Assembly: GCA_037381445.1 (NCBI GenBank)
Contig: JARRQT010000125.1
Coordinates: forward strand, 1-23,842
DNA from: Calditrichia bacterium
GTDB taxonomy: Bacteria; Calditrichota; Calditrichia; RBG-13-44-9
Direction of reading: 5' to 3'
DNA length: 23,842 nt
Part shown: one piece after another, positions 1 through 8,363 of the stretch
Numbering within the stretch: position 1 is the first letter of the stretch
Layout: the number at the start of each line of letters is the position of its first letter
Notes under the pieces: generated by a model
Told to the model about the DNA's origin: nothing
What the model saw: the letters and a program-made list of their open reading frames with translations, nothing else
Database searches by the model: none
Made by a program: the position numbers and the translations under genes

Positions 1-299
1 AGCGAGGCCCGGTAACTGTATTGGCGGGAGGGCAGCAGGCCGGTATCATAAAGAAGCGTATCAAGCGGTCCCGGTCTGCCGGTGTAAATAACCGAATCAT
101 CGCGGGAGACTTTCAGCACGTCCCATCCCAGCAGGTTGCCGGCCTGCACGCGCAACCAGACCTCCGTGCAGGTGACATCCTCTGCCGTCAGGCGCAGTTC
201 CGGTTGGCGGGAGAGCAAGGGTGCTGTGTCCTTTTCGCAATCCAGCCAGAGAACGCAAAAAGACAGAAGCAAAAAGATTAATTGCAATGATTTCTTCAT
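1..299 (-). CDS. Secreted, probable lipoprotein, N-terminal part (runs off the window edge); fibronectin-III-like beta-rich start
   Basis: Not in the ORF track; translated by hand from the ATG at 299: MKKSLQLIFLLLSFCVLWLDCEKDTAPLLSRQPELRLTAEDVTCTEVWLRVQ...DTLLYDTGLLPSRQYSYRAS. The frame is open to the edge, with GGAG upstream and a hydrophobic signal peptide followed by Cys. Confidence 0.8.
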   Translation of the reverse strand, partial: MKKSLQLIFLLLSFCVLWLDCEKDTAPLLSRQPELRLTAEDVTCTEVWLRVQAGNLLGWDVLKVSRDDSVIYTGRPGPLDTLLYDTGLLPSRQYSYRAS

Positions 300-1161
300 G
301 AAACAGTTCTCCGCGCTAAAGCTCTTTATCCGGCAGAACAAAACCGCTGGGAGAAACAGGAAAACACAAAAAAACATGACAAAGAAGAAATAACACAAAG
401 CAGGAAAGCACCCTGAGATGAAAAATTAACAAAAAACCGCCCGTCAGGCTTTCCGCCCCGGACCTGTCGCACACGCCATTCCTGTGCCGGGAATTCAGCA
501 AAACGTGTCCTTACCCCGTTCATAACCGGGTAATATTGGTTTGCCCCCTTAATTTTATTATGAAGCATTAGTAGTATATGCAAAACAATGTAACTTGTCA
601 AGGGAAAGTCCGGCAGCAGGAAACAAAAATATTTATCGCAGTCTGCAAGAAAGCAGGCGGGTCAGGTATTTAAGTGCTGCTACGACGGAAGGGCGGGAAA
701 TGCTCCGCATATGGCCCGCCCGAAACCGGCTTGTGGAGGGAATATATCAAACGGCCCCAAAACGCCATCATCATGATGCTGTGCAGTGTGAAAGAATACA
801 TCATAAAAAGCATTTTAACCTTAAAAAACCGGAACCGGGAAAATTTTAAACAAGCCTCTGACTATTCTGTCATTTGGTTTAACAGACAAAAAAACAGGCA
901 AGCCTTGTTGCGGAGCGCCATTCCACGCCACTCCCCTGTTCTCCGATTTCCCCTGTCCCGGCGCCTCGATACAGAAATTGTAAAAAATCGTTGATTCTTT
1001 GGAATAACGGAGTGTATCTTTTTCCATCAGGAAAAATAATTTCAATTTACAGATAGAATAAACCGCTTCAACTGTTTTAAAAAAATCCGGTGTTTTTGTA
1101 AGCTGATTTGCCCCTGAGCTTTCTTCAGGATTATCCGTCATTCACAGACAGGAGTGAAATC

Positions 1162-2286
1162 ATGAGGTTTATTTTTCTTGTTTTGCTGACCGTATCCGCT
1201 GTTTTCTGCCAGGATCTGCAGCGCGTGGCGATTAATGAGGTCATTTTCCAGATGGGTATTGAACCCGGCTCCTACAACAGCAGCGGCTTTTCGAACATTG
1301 CCGCCGCACCGGTTTCCCGTGTCTCCGGTGCCAATCCCGCCTCGCTGGCCAACTTCAGCGCGCCGGCAGCGGGCATAGACTTCGCATGGCGGACAAATAT
1401 CGATTATTATTTCGGAAGCACGCGAAACCGGGCCTGGCAATGGCTGCCCGCCTCCTTCGGATTTGTTTATCCGATGCGGATTGTTAATATTGGCGTCGGT
1501 TACCGGCAAAGATATTCCATGTATGAAAAATATGAACTATCCCAGACCAATAGCGACGGCAAGCAGTTCACCATTGAATCCGTTTCGAAAACAATGGTTC
1601 ACAGCCCCTCCCTGATGGCCTCCCTTTCGTTCGACGGATTATTATTCCGGAAAGACCGCCTTTCCCTGGGGGCGGCACTTTCCCGGGATTTCTGGATACA
1701 AAGGGAATCTGTCGATATAACGGAAGGGAAGCTAAATGCCGGTCAATTCGGCTGGAAAGCCGGTGCGCTCTATGCGCCGAACGGGGCAATCGAGCTGGGA
1801 ATCCTGTATGAAAAGGGTGTTGACATAACCGGGACTTTTGAAACCGAACCGCAGCTTCTCATTCCTCAGGAAGGATTTAATGCTGAACCGATGAAACTCC
1901 ATTTAAAACTGCCGGGCGTCTTGGCGGTTGGAATATCCGCTGCCGCTCCGGAGCGCCTGCGGCTCTCCCTGACGCTTTCCTCTGTTTTCTGGAATTCGGT
2001 TAACGATTTATACCAGGATCAGTTGGATTTCTCATTCAGCTCCGTCTATTCTTTCGCGCCGACACTTGATTTCTCCCTGGGAATTTTCAGAACCGATCTG
2101 AATTACAGGACTTCCACCTATTACTACACAGCAATGGCCCAGAATGCCACCTTTTTAAGCGCCGGCGTACGCAGGCAATTTTCCAGACTGGATGTGCGGC
2201 TGGAAGCGTGGGACAGTCACCTGTTTACCGCGAAATACAGGGAGCAGACCGGTTTCAGAGCTGGAGTTAATTTTCATTTCCGCTGA
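1162..2286 (+). CDS. Outer-membrane beta-barrel protein, FadL/TodX/PorV-like
   Basis: GGAG at 1151 before the ATG at 1162; signal peptide MRFIFLVLLTVSAVFC; NPASLA hatch-like motif; amphipathic strands; C-terminal AGVNFHFR strand. Confidence 0.7.
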   Translation: MRFIFLVLLTVSAVFCQDLQRVAINEVIFQMGIEPGSYNSSGFSNIAAAPVSRVSGANPASLANFSAPAAGIDFAWRTNIDYYFGSTRNRAWQWLPASFGFVYPMRIVNIGVGYRQRYSMYEKYELSQTNSDGKQFTIESVSKTMVHSPSLMASLSFDGLLFRKDRLSLGAALSRDFWIQRESVDITEGKLNAGQFGWKAGALYAPNGAIELGILYEKGVDITGTFETEPQLLIPQEGFNAEPMKLHLKLPGVLAVGISAAAPERLRLSLTLSSVFWNSVNDLYQDQLDFSFSSVYSFAPTLDFSLGIFRTDLNYRTSTYYYTAMAQNATFLSAGVRRQFSRLDVRLEAWDSHLFTAKYREQTGFRAGVNFHFR

Positions 2287-2356
2287 CAGGAAGCAGCTTT
2301 TCGGGAGGATAAAATCGCTCAATCAAATTCAACCAAATACAGGAAGGGAAACCAAA

Positions 2357-2884
2357 ATGAAATTTCTCAAAACATGGAGCGTTATCAGTCTGATTTTGTT
2401 GTTTAATCCGGGGAACATATTTTCGCAAACCTCCCTCACCGAAGAGAAAAAAGCGGACATCCTCTCGCTCATGGAAATCACCCGGGCGTCGGAAATCGGT
2501 TCCCAGTTTGCCACGGCCATAATGCAGCAAATGGGTGCGGTAATGAAAAACTCCGGCACCGCTCTGCCTGACACGGTCATTGGTATCATACAGGAGGAAG
2601 TCATAAAAATAGTGAAGGAAGAAGCCTTTAAAGAAGATGGCCTGTTTTCAATGGTCATCCCCATCTATGACAAATATTTCACGCACGATGAAATAAAGGA
2701 GCTTCTCAAATTTTATAAAACGGATATCGGCCGCAAGACCATTTCGGTAATGCCCTCCCTGCTGCAGGAAAGCATGATGGCCGGACGGCTGTGGGGACAA
2801 TCTTTAGCGCCGCTGATTAAAGAAAGAATGATAAAGCGCCTCAAGGAATTGGGATTTGATGCCGATCCTTTGGAAAGAATATGA
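2357..2884 (+). CDS. DUF2059-domain secreted protein
   Basis: Purine-rich RBS before the ATG at 2357; signal peptide; characteristic IYDKYFTHDEIKELLKFYKTDIGRK...MP motif. Confidence 0.85.
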   Translation: MKFLKTWSVISLILLFNPGNIFSQTSLTEEKKADILSLMEITRASEIGSQFATAIMQQMGAVMKNSGTALPDTVIGIIQEEVIKIVKEEAFKEDGLFSMVIPIYDKYFTHDEIKELLKFYKTDIGRKTISVMPSLLQESMMAGRLWGQSLAPLIKERMIKRLKELGFDADPLERI

Positions 2885-3101
2885 AAATGAACATTACCTG
2901 ACATCTCCGGAGGCCGGAAAAAGAAGGCGGGACCGTTTTATATAGCAGCATTGCCTTCCAGCACTGCGTTTGCGTCAATTGGATTGTTTGTAGCAAAAAA
3001 TCCGGAAAATGGATTTTGTATGAAATTCGGATTTTACATGGCCGGGGGATCAATTTCTGTCATTTAAATAATTAACGTTCAATAATTCTTTTGAAGGAGA
3101 A

Positions 3102-4070
3102 ATGATGAAGATCAAATGGATTTTGGTTTTGGCAATTTTGGTCCTTTCCGGGGCTGTCAGGGCGGATGAGGTTCATCTGAAGAACGGACAGATATGGACC
3201 AATATTAAGGTTCTGGATGATTTTGAAACGGAAGAAACGATTACAATTTTTACCTCCATGAAAAAGGACATTACCCTGAACAAAAAGGATATTGTGCTGA
3301 TTAAAAAGAATGGCTTTGATCCATTGAGAAAATCAGAGCTGGTTACTCCAGACGGAAATACCATCGCCAATCCCGACCAGAATTATTACATTGTTGAGGA
3401 GAATAATGACGAAAATGCAAACAGCACAATTTCTAATACCCTGCTGCTAAGCCTCCCCAGGTTGCGGCTGAATGTCGAGGCGGGCTATGCCTATCGCACG
3501 GTCAAAATACCCGGCGGGATAGCGCCGGAATTGTCCGAATATATGGGAAACCTGAAATCGGGCTTGCATCTGTTGGCTGATCTCACCTACTTCTTCCACA
3601 AAGAATACGGATTCAGCTTCAAATACTCCAGGTTTTCAACCTCGGCCCTGATGAATAATGTAACAGTTAGCGATGAATACGGCAATCAATTGGGACCGGG
3701 GAGCATGGAAGATAAAATTACCATGAATTTCATAGGGGTCGGTGTGACGCAAAGAAGGGTATTCATAAGCGGTAAAACGCAGTTGATCGGCAATCTTACA
3801 GTCGGAAGTTTGTCTTACACGGATAATTCAGAAATTGTGAATATTCCAATCGACATAAAAGGTTCCGCTCTGGCCTTAAGCGGCTTGGTGGGACTGGATT
3901 TTTCTGTTTCACCCGATTGGGCTCTGGGAGCCAGCATCTCCTATATGTTATGTTCACTGAAAAAAATTAAAGCCAACGGCCAAACCATCACAAATGATGA
4001 ACCGGAAAATCTCAACCGCTTTGATTTCAACGTGGGAATTAAATATTATTTTGACATTGCAGCCAAATAG
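3102..4070 (+). CDS. Outer-membrane beta-barrel protein with a small N-terminal domain
   Basis: AAGGAG RBS; signal peptide ending AVRA; DEVHLKNG N-terminal module; C-terminal amphipathic strands ending FNVGIKYYF. Confidence 0.7.
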   Translation: MMKIKWILVLAILVLSGAVRADEVHLKNGQIWTNIKVLDDFETEETITIFTSMKKDITLNKKDIVLIKKNGFDPLRKSELVTPDGNTIANPDQNYYIVEENNDENANSTISNTLLLSLPRLRLNVEAGYAYRTVKIPGGIAPELSEYMGNLKSGLHLLADLTYFFHKEYGFSFKYSRFSTSALMNNVTVSDEYGNQLGPGSMEDKITMNFIGVGVTQRRVFISGKTQLIGNLTVGSLSYTDNSEIVNIPIDIKGSALALSGLVGLDFSVSPDWALGASISYMLCSLKKIKANGQTITNDEPENLNRFDFNVGIKYYFDIAAK

Positions 4071-4200
4071 TGAAGACTGAACAGCAAAGACGGCAGCTCT
4101 CTGGCAGGAATGCACAGGGAATTTTCAGAGGGCAATCGGGTCTGCCTTCCCTGGCAAGGAATAAGAAAATGATAACCGTTATTCTCCATACGAGGATATA

Positions 4201-4246
4201 GAATATAATACCGGTCGTTGCCGGCTTGCGGACCGGTATTATATTC
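4201..4246. terminator. Perfect 16-bp inverted repeat between convergent genes (possible bidirectional terminator)
   Basis: GAATATAATACCGGTC (4201-4216), a 14-nt loop, then GACCGGTATTATATTC (4231-4246). No canonical U tract. Confidence 0.55.
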
Positions 4247-4340
4247 AAGTAACAATACTTTTTGTCAGCAATCTCTCATCAAAAGTTCAATTATTGTATG
4301 ACACCGGCAGGAATATTTGTTAATTCTCCTTTCCGTCTTA

Positions 4341-4742
4341 TCAAAGACTTACCGGCCAGTGACTGAGGTACAGCAGCATCAGCAGAAATCCAAACAAGGC
4401 CATATTCTTTGTAAAATTCACCTGCTGGGCCATTCTCTGCTGCGGGTCCTGATAGGTCCAGAAGTTGTGCATCTTGAATGATACCCCAAGCAAAAAAACC
4501 TCCAGGATGATGATTCCGATAATGGTGAACACGCCGAAAAGAATACTAAGGCCGCCCAGGAAAAGCATGAGTCCTGTGAAAGCCGACGCGAACCCGGGGG
4601 CAGGCACTCCCTTGGAGCCGGCATATTCGCCCATGGTTTTCAGATGCACCCAATGATTATAGGCACCAAATAAAAAATAGAGACCGACAATGATTCTTCC
4701 AATCACAAAAAAAAAACACTCATAAAGTTCAAATACAGCCAT
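4341..4742 (-). CDS. DoxX family membrane protein
   Basis: IGRIIVGLYFLFGAYNH, GGLSILFG, HNFW and NFTKNMALFG motifs; four hydrophobic helices. Start codon uncertain (see findings). Confidence 0.88.
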   Translation of the reverse strand: MAVFELYECFFFVIGRIIVGLYFLFGAYNHWVHLKTMGEYAGSKGVPAPGFASAFTGLMLFLGGLSILFGVFTIIGIIILEVFLLGVSFKMHNFWTYQDPQQRMAQQVNFTKNMALFGFLLMLLYLSHWPVSL

Positions 4743-4900
4743 TCGTAAAGATTTTGAGACAGATCTATTACCATCGTTGCCGGATTTTATAAAATCCGTA
4801 ACCTGTCCGAAAATTATGCCGTAACTACTTCCGGCTTCTTTGTTTTTTTCGAACAGTTTTAGATTATTTACTTCGTAATATAAAATCAGGAGGAGGCATC

Positions 4901-5992
4901 ATGCGGACAATGATTCACCCAGCAAAATCGGTTTTAGTTTTATCTTTTTGTATCCTCGCGGGAATTGCGATATGGAATGCCGAAGTCTTCGGCCAGCAGG
5001 TCAAAGAAGTCCCGCTGCCTCAGACCTCAACGCAGCAGATGGATTCCATCCATAAAATCTTATTTCCCGAAACTGATGCGGCAGGTTCTGTCACACCCGC
5101 TAACAAAACCGGATTTCTGGAGAGGACATTTCTGGAAACCCATAATGATTACCAGAAGTATTCGGCCCTGTTTACGCTTTCCTTCCATTACGGTGAACAG
5201 CAGCAGTACGGCAGCCTTCTTCACCTGCTGCAGGATGGACAGAAACAGGGCCTTTTTCTGCCATTCATGACCGGACAGAGGACCTGGCCGGGCTACCTGG
5301 AGGAGCTGGCCAAACTGGACGGTTACGATGAATTGATTCAAAAGAACGAGGAATTACGCGAGGAAGCGCAAAAAGGTGCTGTGGCGGAGTATATGGTGCA
5401 GCTGCCAGCCGGTTACACCGCGGAGAAGAGCTATCCCCTGCTGATGATCTTTCACGGCGGAGTGGGCAGTCATCTGAACTCCTATTACTATTGGCAGTCG
5501 CCGAAACTGCAGGCCAATTATATTGTGGCCTATCTGCAGGGGAACAAGGTGCGGGGCAGTTTCGCCCGCTCTTTTGATGAAAACTGGACGGCGGTTGCTC
5601 AAAAAGCATATCATGAAATTGTCGGAAAATATGCGGTGGACACCACCCGGGTATTGCTGGGCGGTCAGTCGGCGGGCGGCCGCCAATCGGTACTGCTGGC
5701 AATGGAAAATTCCATCCCGGTTTCCGGGCTTATTCTCGCTTTTCCGGTCAAGCCCCCGGAGCTGGATACCACCCGGGTTCGCGCCGCCGCCGAACGGGGC
5801 ATGCGGGCCGCCATTCTCACCGGAGAAAATGATCGCCGCTTTCTGAAAGGACAAAAAGAGATGGCGGTGATCTTCGACAGGATGGGATTACCCAACCGTT
5901 TTGTGGTATTTCCCTTTATCGGGCATGAATTCCCGGCCGATTTTTCCAGACAAATCGGGGTCAGCCTGGATTTCGTCGAAAAAGCCGAGTAA
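4901..5992 (+). CDS. Secreted alpha/beta-hydrolase (esterase/carboxylesterase-like)
   Basis: AGGAGG RBS; signal peptide; YPLLMIFHGG, nucleophile elbow GQSAG, candidate Asp in GEND and His in GHEFP. Confidence 0.85.
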   Translation: MRTMIHPAKSVLVLSFCILAGIAIWNAEVFGQQVKEVPLPQTSTQQMDSIHKILFPETDAAGSVTPANKTGFLERTFLETHNDYQKYSALFTLSFHYGEQQQYGSLLHLLQDGQKQGLFLPFMTGQRTWPGYLEELAKLDGYDELIQKNEELREEAQKGAVAEYMVQLPAGYTAEKSYPLLMIFHGGVGSHLNSYYYWQSPKLQANYIVAYLQGNKVRGSFARSFDENWTAVAQKAYHEIVGKYAVDTTRVLLGGQSAGGRQSVLLAMENSIPVSGLILAFPVKPPELDTTRVRAAAERGMRAAILTGENDRRFLKGQKEMAVIFDRMGLPNRFVVFPFIGHEFPADFSRQIGVSLDFVEKAE

Positions 5993-6129
5993 TCATCAAA
6001 AGTTATTCGGACATTTCATTAAATATTTGTTATGATCATAGGGGATAAAAAACATCCCGTATTTAATGGATTTGGCGGATGGCACAAATTTAGTATTTCC
6101 GCAGTTTCACGGGATTGAGGAACTGGGTC

Positions 6130-6455
6130 TTGCAGCTCCCGAGAATAGCGCCGGGACCGGACTGGAAACCGGAAAACGTGTTGAAGCGGGGCGACGGCCA
6201 TTGCGGATAATTGCAAGTATCGATAATTTATGGGAAAAAGACTAAGCTATTCCATAAGGTCAATTACAGGAAAGCCGCCGGCAGCATTATCAGTAAAGGA
6301 ACCTTTATCCGGAACAACATATTGAGGGAGTTCCATCATCTTATCATCTACAACGTCCATATTCGCCGATCCGCAAAAATTTCGCCCATTGTTTCCTGCT
6401 ACTTTCTTTTTTTGCTTTTCAGCGTCGCCCTGCCGGCAGGGACCGCCCCCCGGAA
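6130..6455 (+). pseudogene. Decayed duplicate of the GNAT 3' end, spacer and S8-protease 5' end
   Basis: 6130-6210 reads LQLPRIAPGPDWKPENVLKRGDGHCG*, against LEVPRMALGPEPAWKRENVFNRGAGYCG* ending at 10912. About 6360-6445 reads YSPIRKNFAHCFLLL/FSVALPAGT (frameshifted), against YPSIRKIFASFLLLLIFIFFGAALPAET at about 11100-11185. Confidence 0.8.
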
Positions 6456-6488
6456 CAGCTCCGCTTCCCATAACCGCCGCATTTAAAC

Positions 6489-6528
6489 AAAAAAAGGGAG
6501 CCGGAAATAAAATGTTTCCAGCCCCCTT
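6489..6528 (-). terminator. Rho-independent terminator of the cytochrome gene
   Basis: Minus-strand RNA AAGGGGGCUGGAAACA-UUU-UAUUUCCGGCUCCC followed by a U7 tract, about 36 nt after the stop at 6565. Confidence 0.8.
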
Positions 6529-6564
6529 GAGATCGCGGAATTTACCGAAAACCTGCCTCCGGTC

Positions 6565-7674
6565 TTACTTCACCAGCAGCATATTTTTAACTTTAGTGTA
6601 ATTTCCGGCTTTGATCCGATAATAATACATTCCCGAGCTCACCCGATTGCCCAGGTTGTCCTTTCCGTCCCACTTAACCTGGTGGGAACCTGCAGAATAA
6701 CGCTGCTGGCTCAGCAGTGTTTTGATCTGACGTCCATCCAGGCTGTAGATGGTCAGTGTTACCGCTTCTGATTTCGGCAGGGAGAATTGGATATGCGTTT
6801 CCGGGTTGAAGGGATTGGGATAATTCTGTTTCAGCTCAAAATCAGTCGTCACTGTTTCAGGAGTCTTGATATCCGATGAGTTGTGGGGATCGCCATGGCA
6901 TGGCTCGCAGTCCATTTTTGCTGCAACGTTACTCTTCATTCCACTGGAGCCATGGCAGGCCATACATGTAGCGACAGTTTCAGGCGGAACATACAAGGGC
7001 GTAAACTCTCCTGCCAGATTATCGTTCAGGATCTTTGCCGCATAGGCAGCCACATCACCGGTCAGCCGGGCGCATCTTTCCTTGCGCTCGGTTGATCCCA
7101 CACCCAGACTTGCATGATTACACCATTCCGTCACGGATACGTGGCATAGCGGTGAATCACTCGCATTTTGGGCCAGCGGTTCGGTATAGTTGTTAACGGT
7201 AAAAGTGCCGTCTCCGGCGTACTGGTTGCTGAGGTCGGAGGGGAACAGGGACTGGGTATACCAGCCAAACAGTTCGGAAACCAATTTGTTCACATCCGCT
7301 TTCGCAGACACCAGTGAAATGGCAGCAGCTGCGCCATTCAGAGCCCCGCAAAGTGTGCCCCAGCCGGCACCACCGCCGCCACCATAATTCATGATCTCGG
7401 TGGGTAGGTCGGTGAAAGGTGCGCCCACCGCACCCCGCAGGGCTTCAATAATAGCATTAAATGCTCCGTAGGCGCATCCGCCGGAATAATAACTGTCGTG
7501 CCCCAGCACCCGGACTTCCTCAACATCCAGCTCAGCATACGGCCACGGCCAGGTAGGTTCAGCGAATGCTTTCTTGCTGGCGAGTGCGGAGAGGCCGGCA
7601 GCGCCCAGACCTAATCCTGCCGCATATTTGGCACTTTCTTTAAAAAACTCTTTCCTTGTGACTTTCTTTTCCAT
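6565..7674 (-). CDS. Split-Soret cytochrome c-like protein (C_GCAxxG_C_C domain, two CxxCH) with a Tat-type signal and a C-terminal T9SS-type sorting/FlgD-Ig domain
   Basis: AAGGAG RBS before the ATG at 7674. Signal MEKKVTRKEFFKESAKYAAGLGLGAAG...AFA. Motifs GCAYG, GWGTLCGALNG, LCHVSV..WC, ERCARLTGDVA. Heme motifs CMACH (6952-6966) and CEPCH (6895-6909). Tail FELKQNYPNPFNP...WDGKD...GMYYYRI...KNMLLVK. Confidence 0.85.
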   Translation of the reverse strand: MEKKVTRKEFFKESAKYAAGLGLGAAGLSALASKKAFAEPTWPWPYAELDVEEVRVLGHDSYYSGGCAYGAFNAIIEALRGAVGAPFTDLPTEIMNYGGGGGAGWGTLCGALNGAAAAISLVSAKADVNKLVSELFGWYTQSLFPSDLSNQYAGDGTFTVNNYTEPLAQNASDSPLCHVSVTEWCNHASLGVGSTERKERCARLTGDVAAYAAKILNDNLAGEFTPLYVPPETVATCMACHGSSGMKSNVAAKMDCEPCHGDPHNSSDIKTPETVTTDFELKQNYPNPFNPETHIQFSLPKSEAVTLTIYSLDGRQIKTLLSQQRYSAGSHQVKWDGKDNLGNRVSSGMYYYRIKAGNYTKVKNMLLVK

Positions 7675-7714
7675 AACAGCTCCTTTGATTAGTAATACTT
7701 TGAGTGATTTAGTT

Positions 7715-8152
7715 TTATAGGGGTAATTTGGCTTGAAGTCGCTCGATAATTTCTTCCACTTTCCCAACCTTGCCGCCATGTGCCCGGACTTTTTTAAAAT
7801 ATTTTAATGATTCCTTTATATCCAGGTACGACCACAGTATGCCAAGTGTCATTTGATATTCACTTTCACTTAAATAATCGGGGGCAGAAGCCTGAAGATC
7901 TGTAATAATTTCCAGGCACGGACAGGTCTGCATATCGTATTCATCATTTAATATGATTCCCGGATTGGCTTTCAGCAGAGAATAAAACAGTTCGAATCCT
8001 TTCCGGAAGTTCCCCATTTTCAGATAGCAGATCACCAGTTTCTTCATAACCGGAAAATTATCCGGATCGTACCTGATTTCATCTTCAAACTCTGAACAGG
8101 CAGAGGTGTATCTTTTGATCAAAAAATAATGATTTCCCAGCATTTCGCCCAT
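7715..8152 (-). CDS. Small TPR-like helical protein with a CPC motif
   Basis: Helical pattern LGNHYF..KRYTSA..EFE..IRYDPDN; internal TCPC; 40 bp upstream of the cytochrome gene on the same strand. Confidence 0.75.
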   Translation of the reverse strand: MGEMLGNHYFLIKRYTSACSEFEDEIRYDPDNFPVMKKLVICYLKMGNFRKGFELFYSLLKANPGIILNDEYDMQTCPCLEIITDLQASAPDYLSESEYQMTLGILWSYLDIKESLKYFKKVRAHGGKVGKVEEIIERLQAKLPL

Positions 8153-8163
8153 GTTACTATTTT

Positions 8164-8179
8164 AGCAAATATCTTACCA
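8164..8179 (-). promoter_or_regulatory. Sigma-54 (-24/-12) promoter
   Basis: Minus strand TGGTAAGATATTTGCT has exact GG-N10-GC spacing and matches TGGCACG-N4-TTGCW with two mismatches. It lies directly upstream of the TPR-cytochrome pair and next to a sigma-54 activator gene. Confidence 0.72.
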
Positions 8180-8247
8180 AATAGAGCATTGATTTCAAAT
8201 ATTTATTTGCGTTGAAAATTGTGAATTAATGTGCATGATGTGCTGTT

Positions 8248-8261
8248 GCTGCGAATGCAAC
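8248..8261. promoter_or_regulatory. Secondary, degenerate activator-binding palindrome
   Basis: GCTGCGAATGCAAC differs at 2 positions from GTTGCAAATGCAAC at 8375-8388. Confidence 0.4.
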
Positions 8262-8363
8262 GGTGTTCTCATGAATTCATTTCCTGTACCCCGCCCCGGT
8301 TAGGCAGGAGGCAAAGCAATATGGAGTGTTAGAAGTTGCGGGGATCAATATGAGCATTGCATT

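Noticed and set aside
600..735. RNase P RNA-like words (GGAAAGTCCGG at about 603 and AACCGGCTT at about 724)
   Set aside because: They are only about 120 nt apart, far shorter than bacterial RNase P RNA, and the other conserved segments are absent.
6565..7674. Selenocysteine in the C_GCAxxG_C_C protein
   Set aside because: There is no in-frame TGA; all motif positions are Cys codons.
7675..7779. 35-aa N-terminal extension of the cytochrome given by the ORF track
   Set aside because: It overlaps the TPR gene; the ATG at 7674 has a strong AAGGAG and places the Tat motif at the N-terminus.
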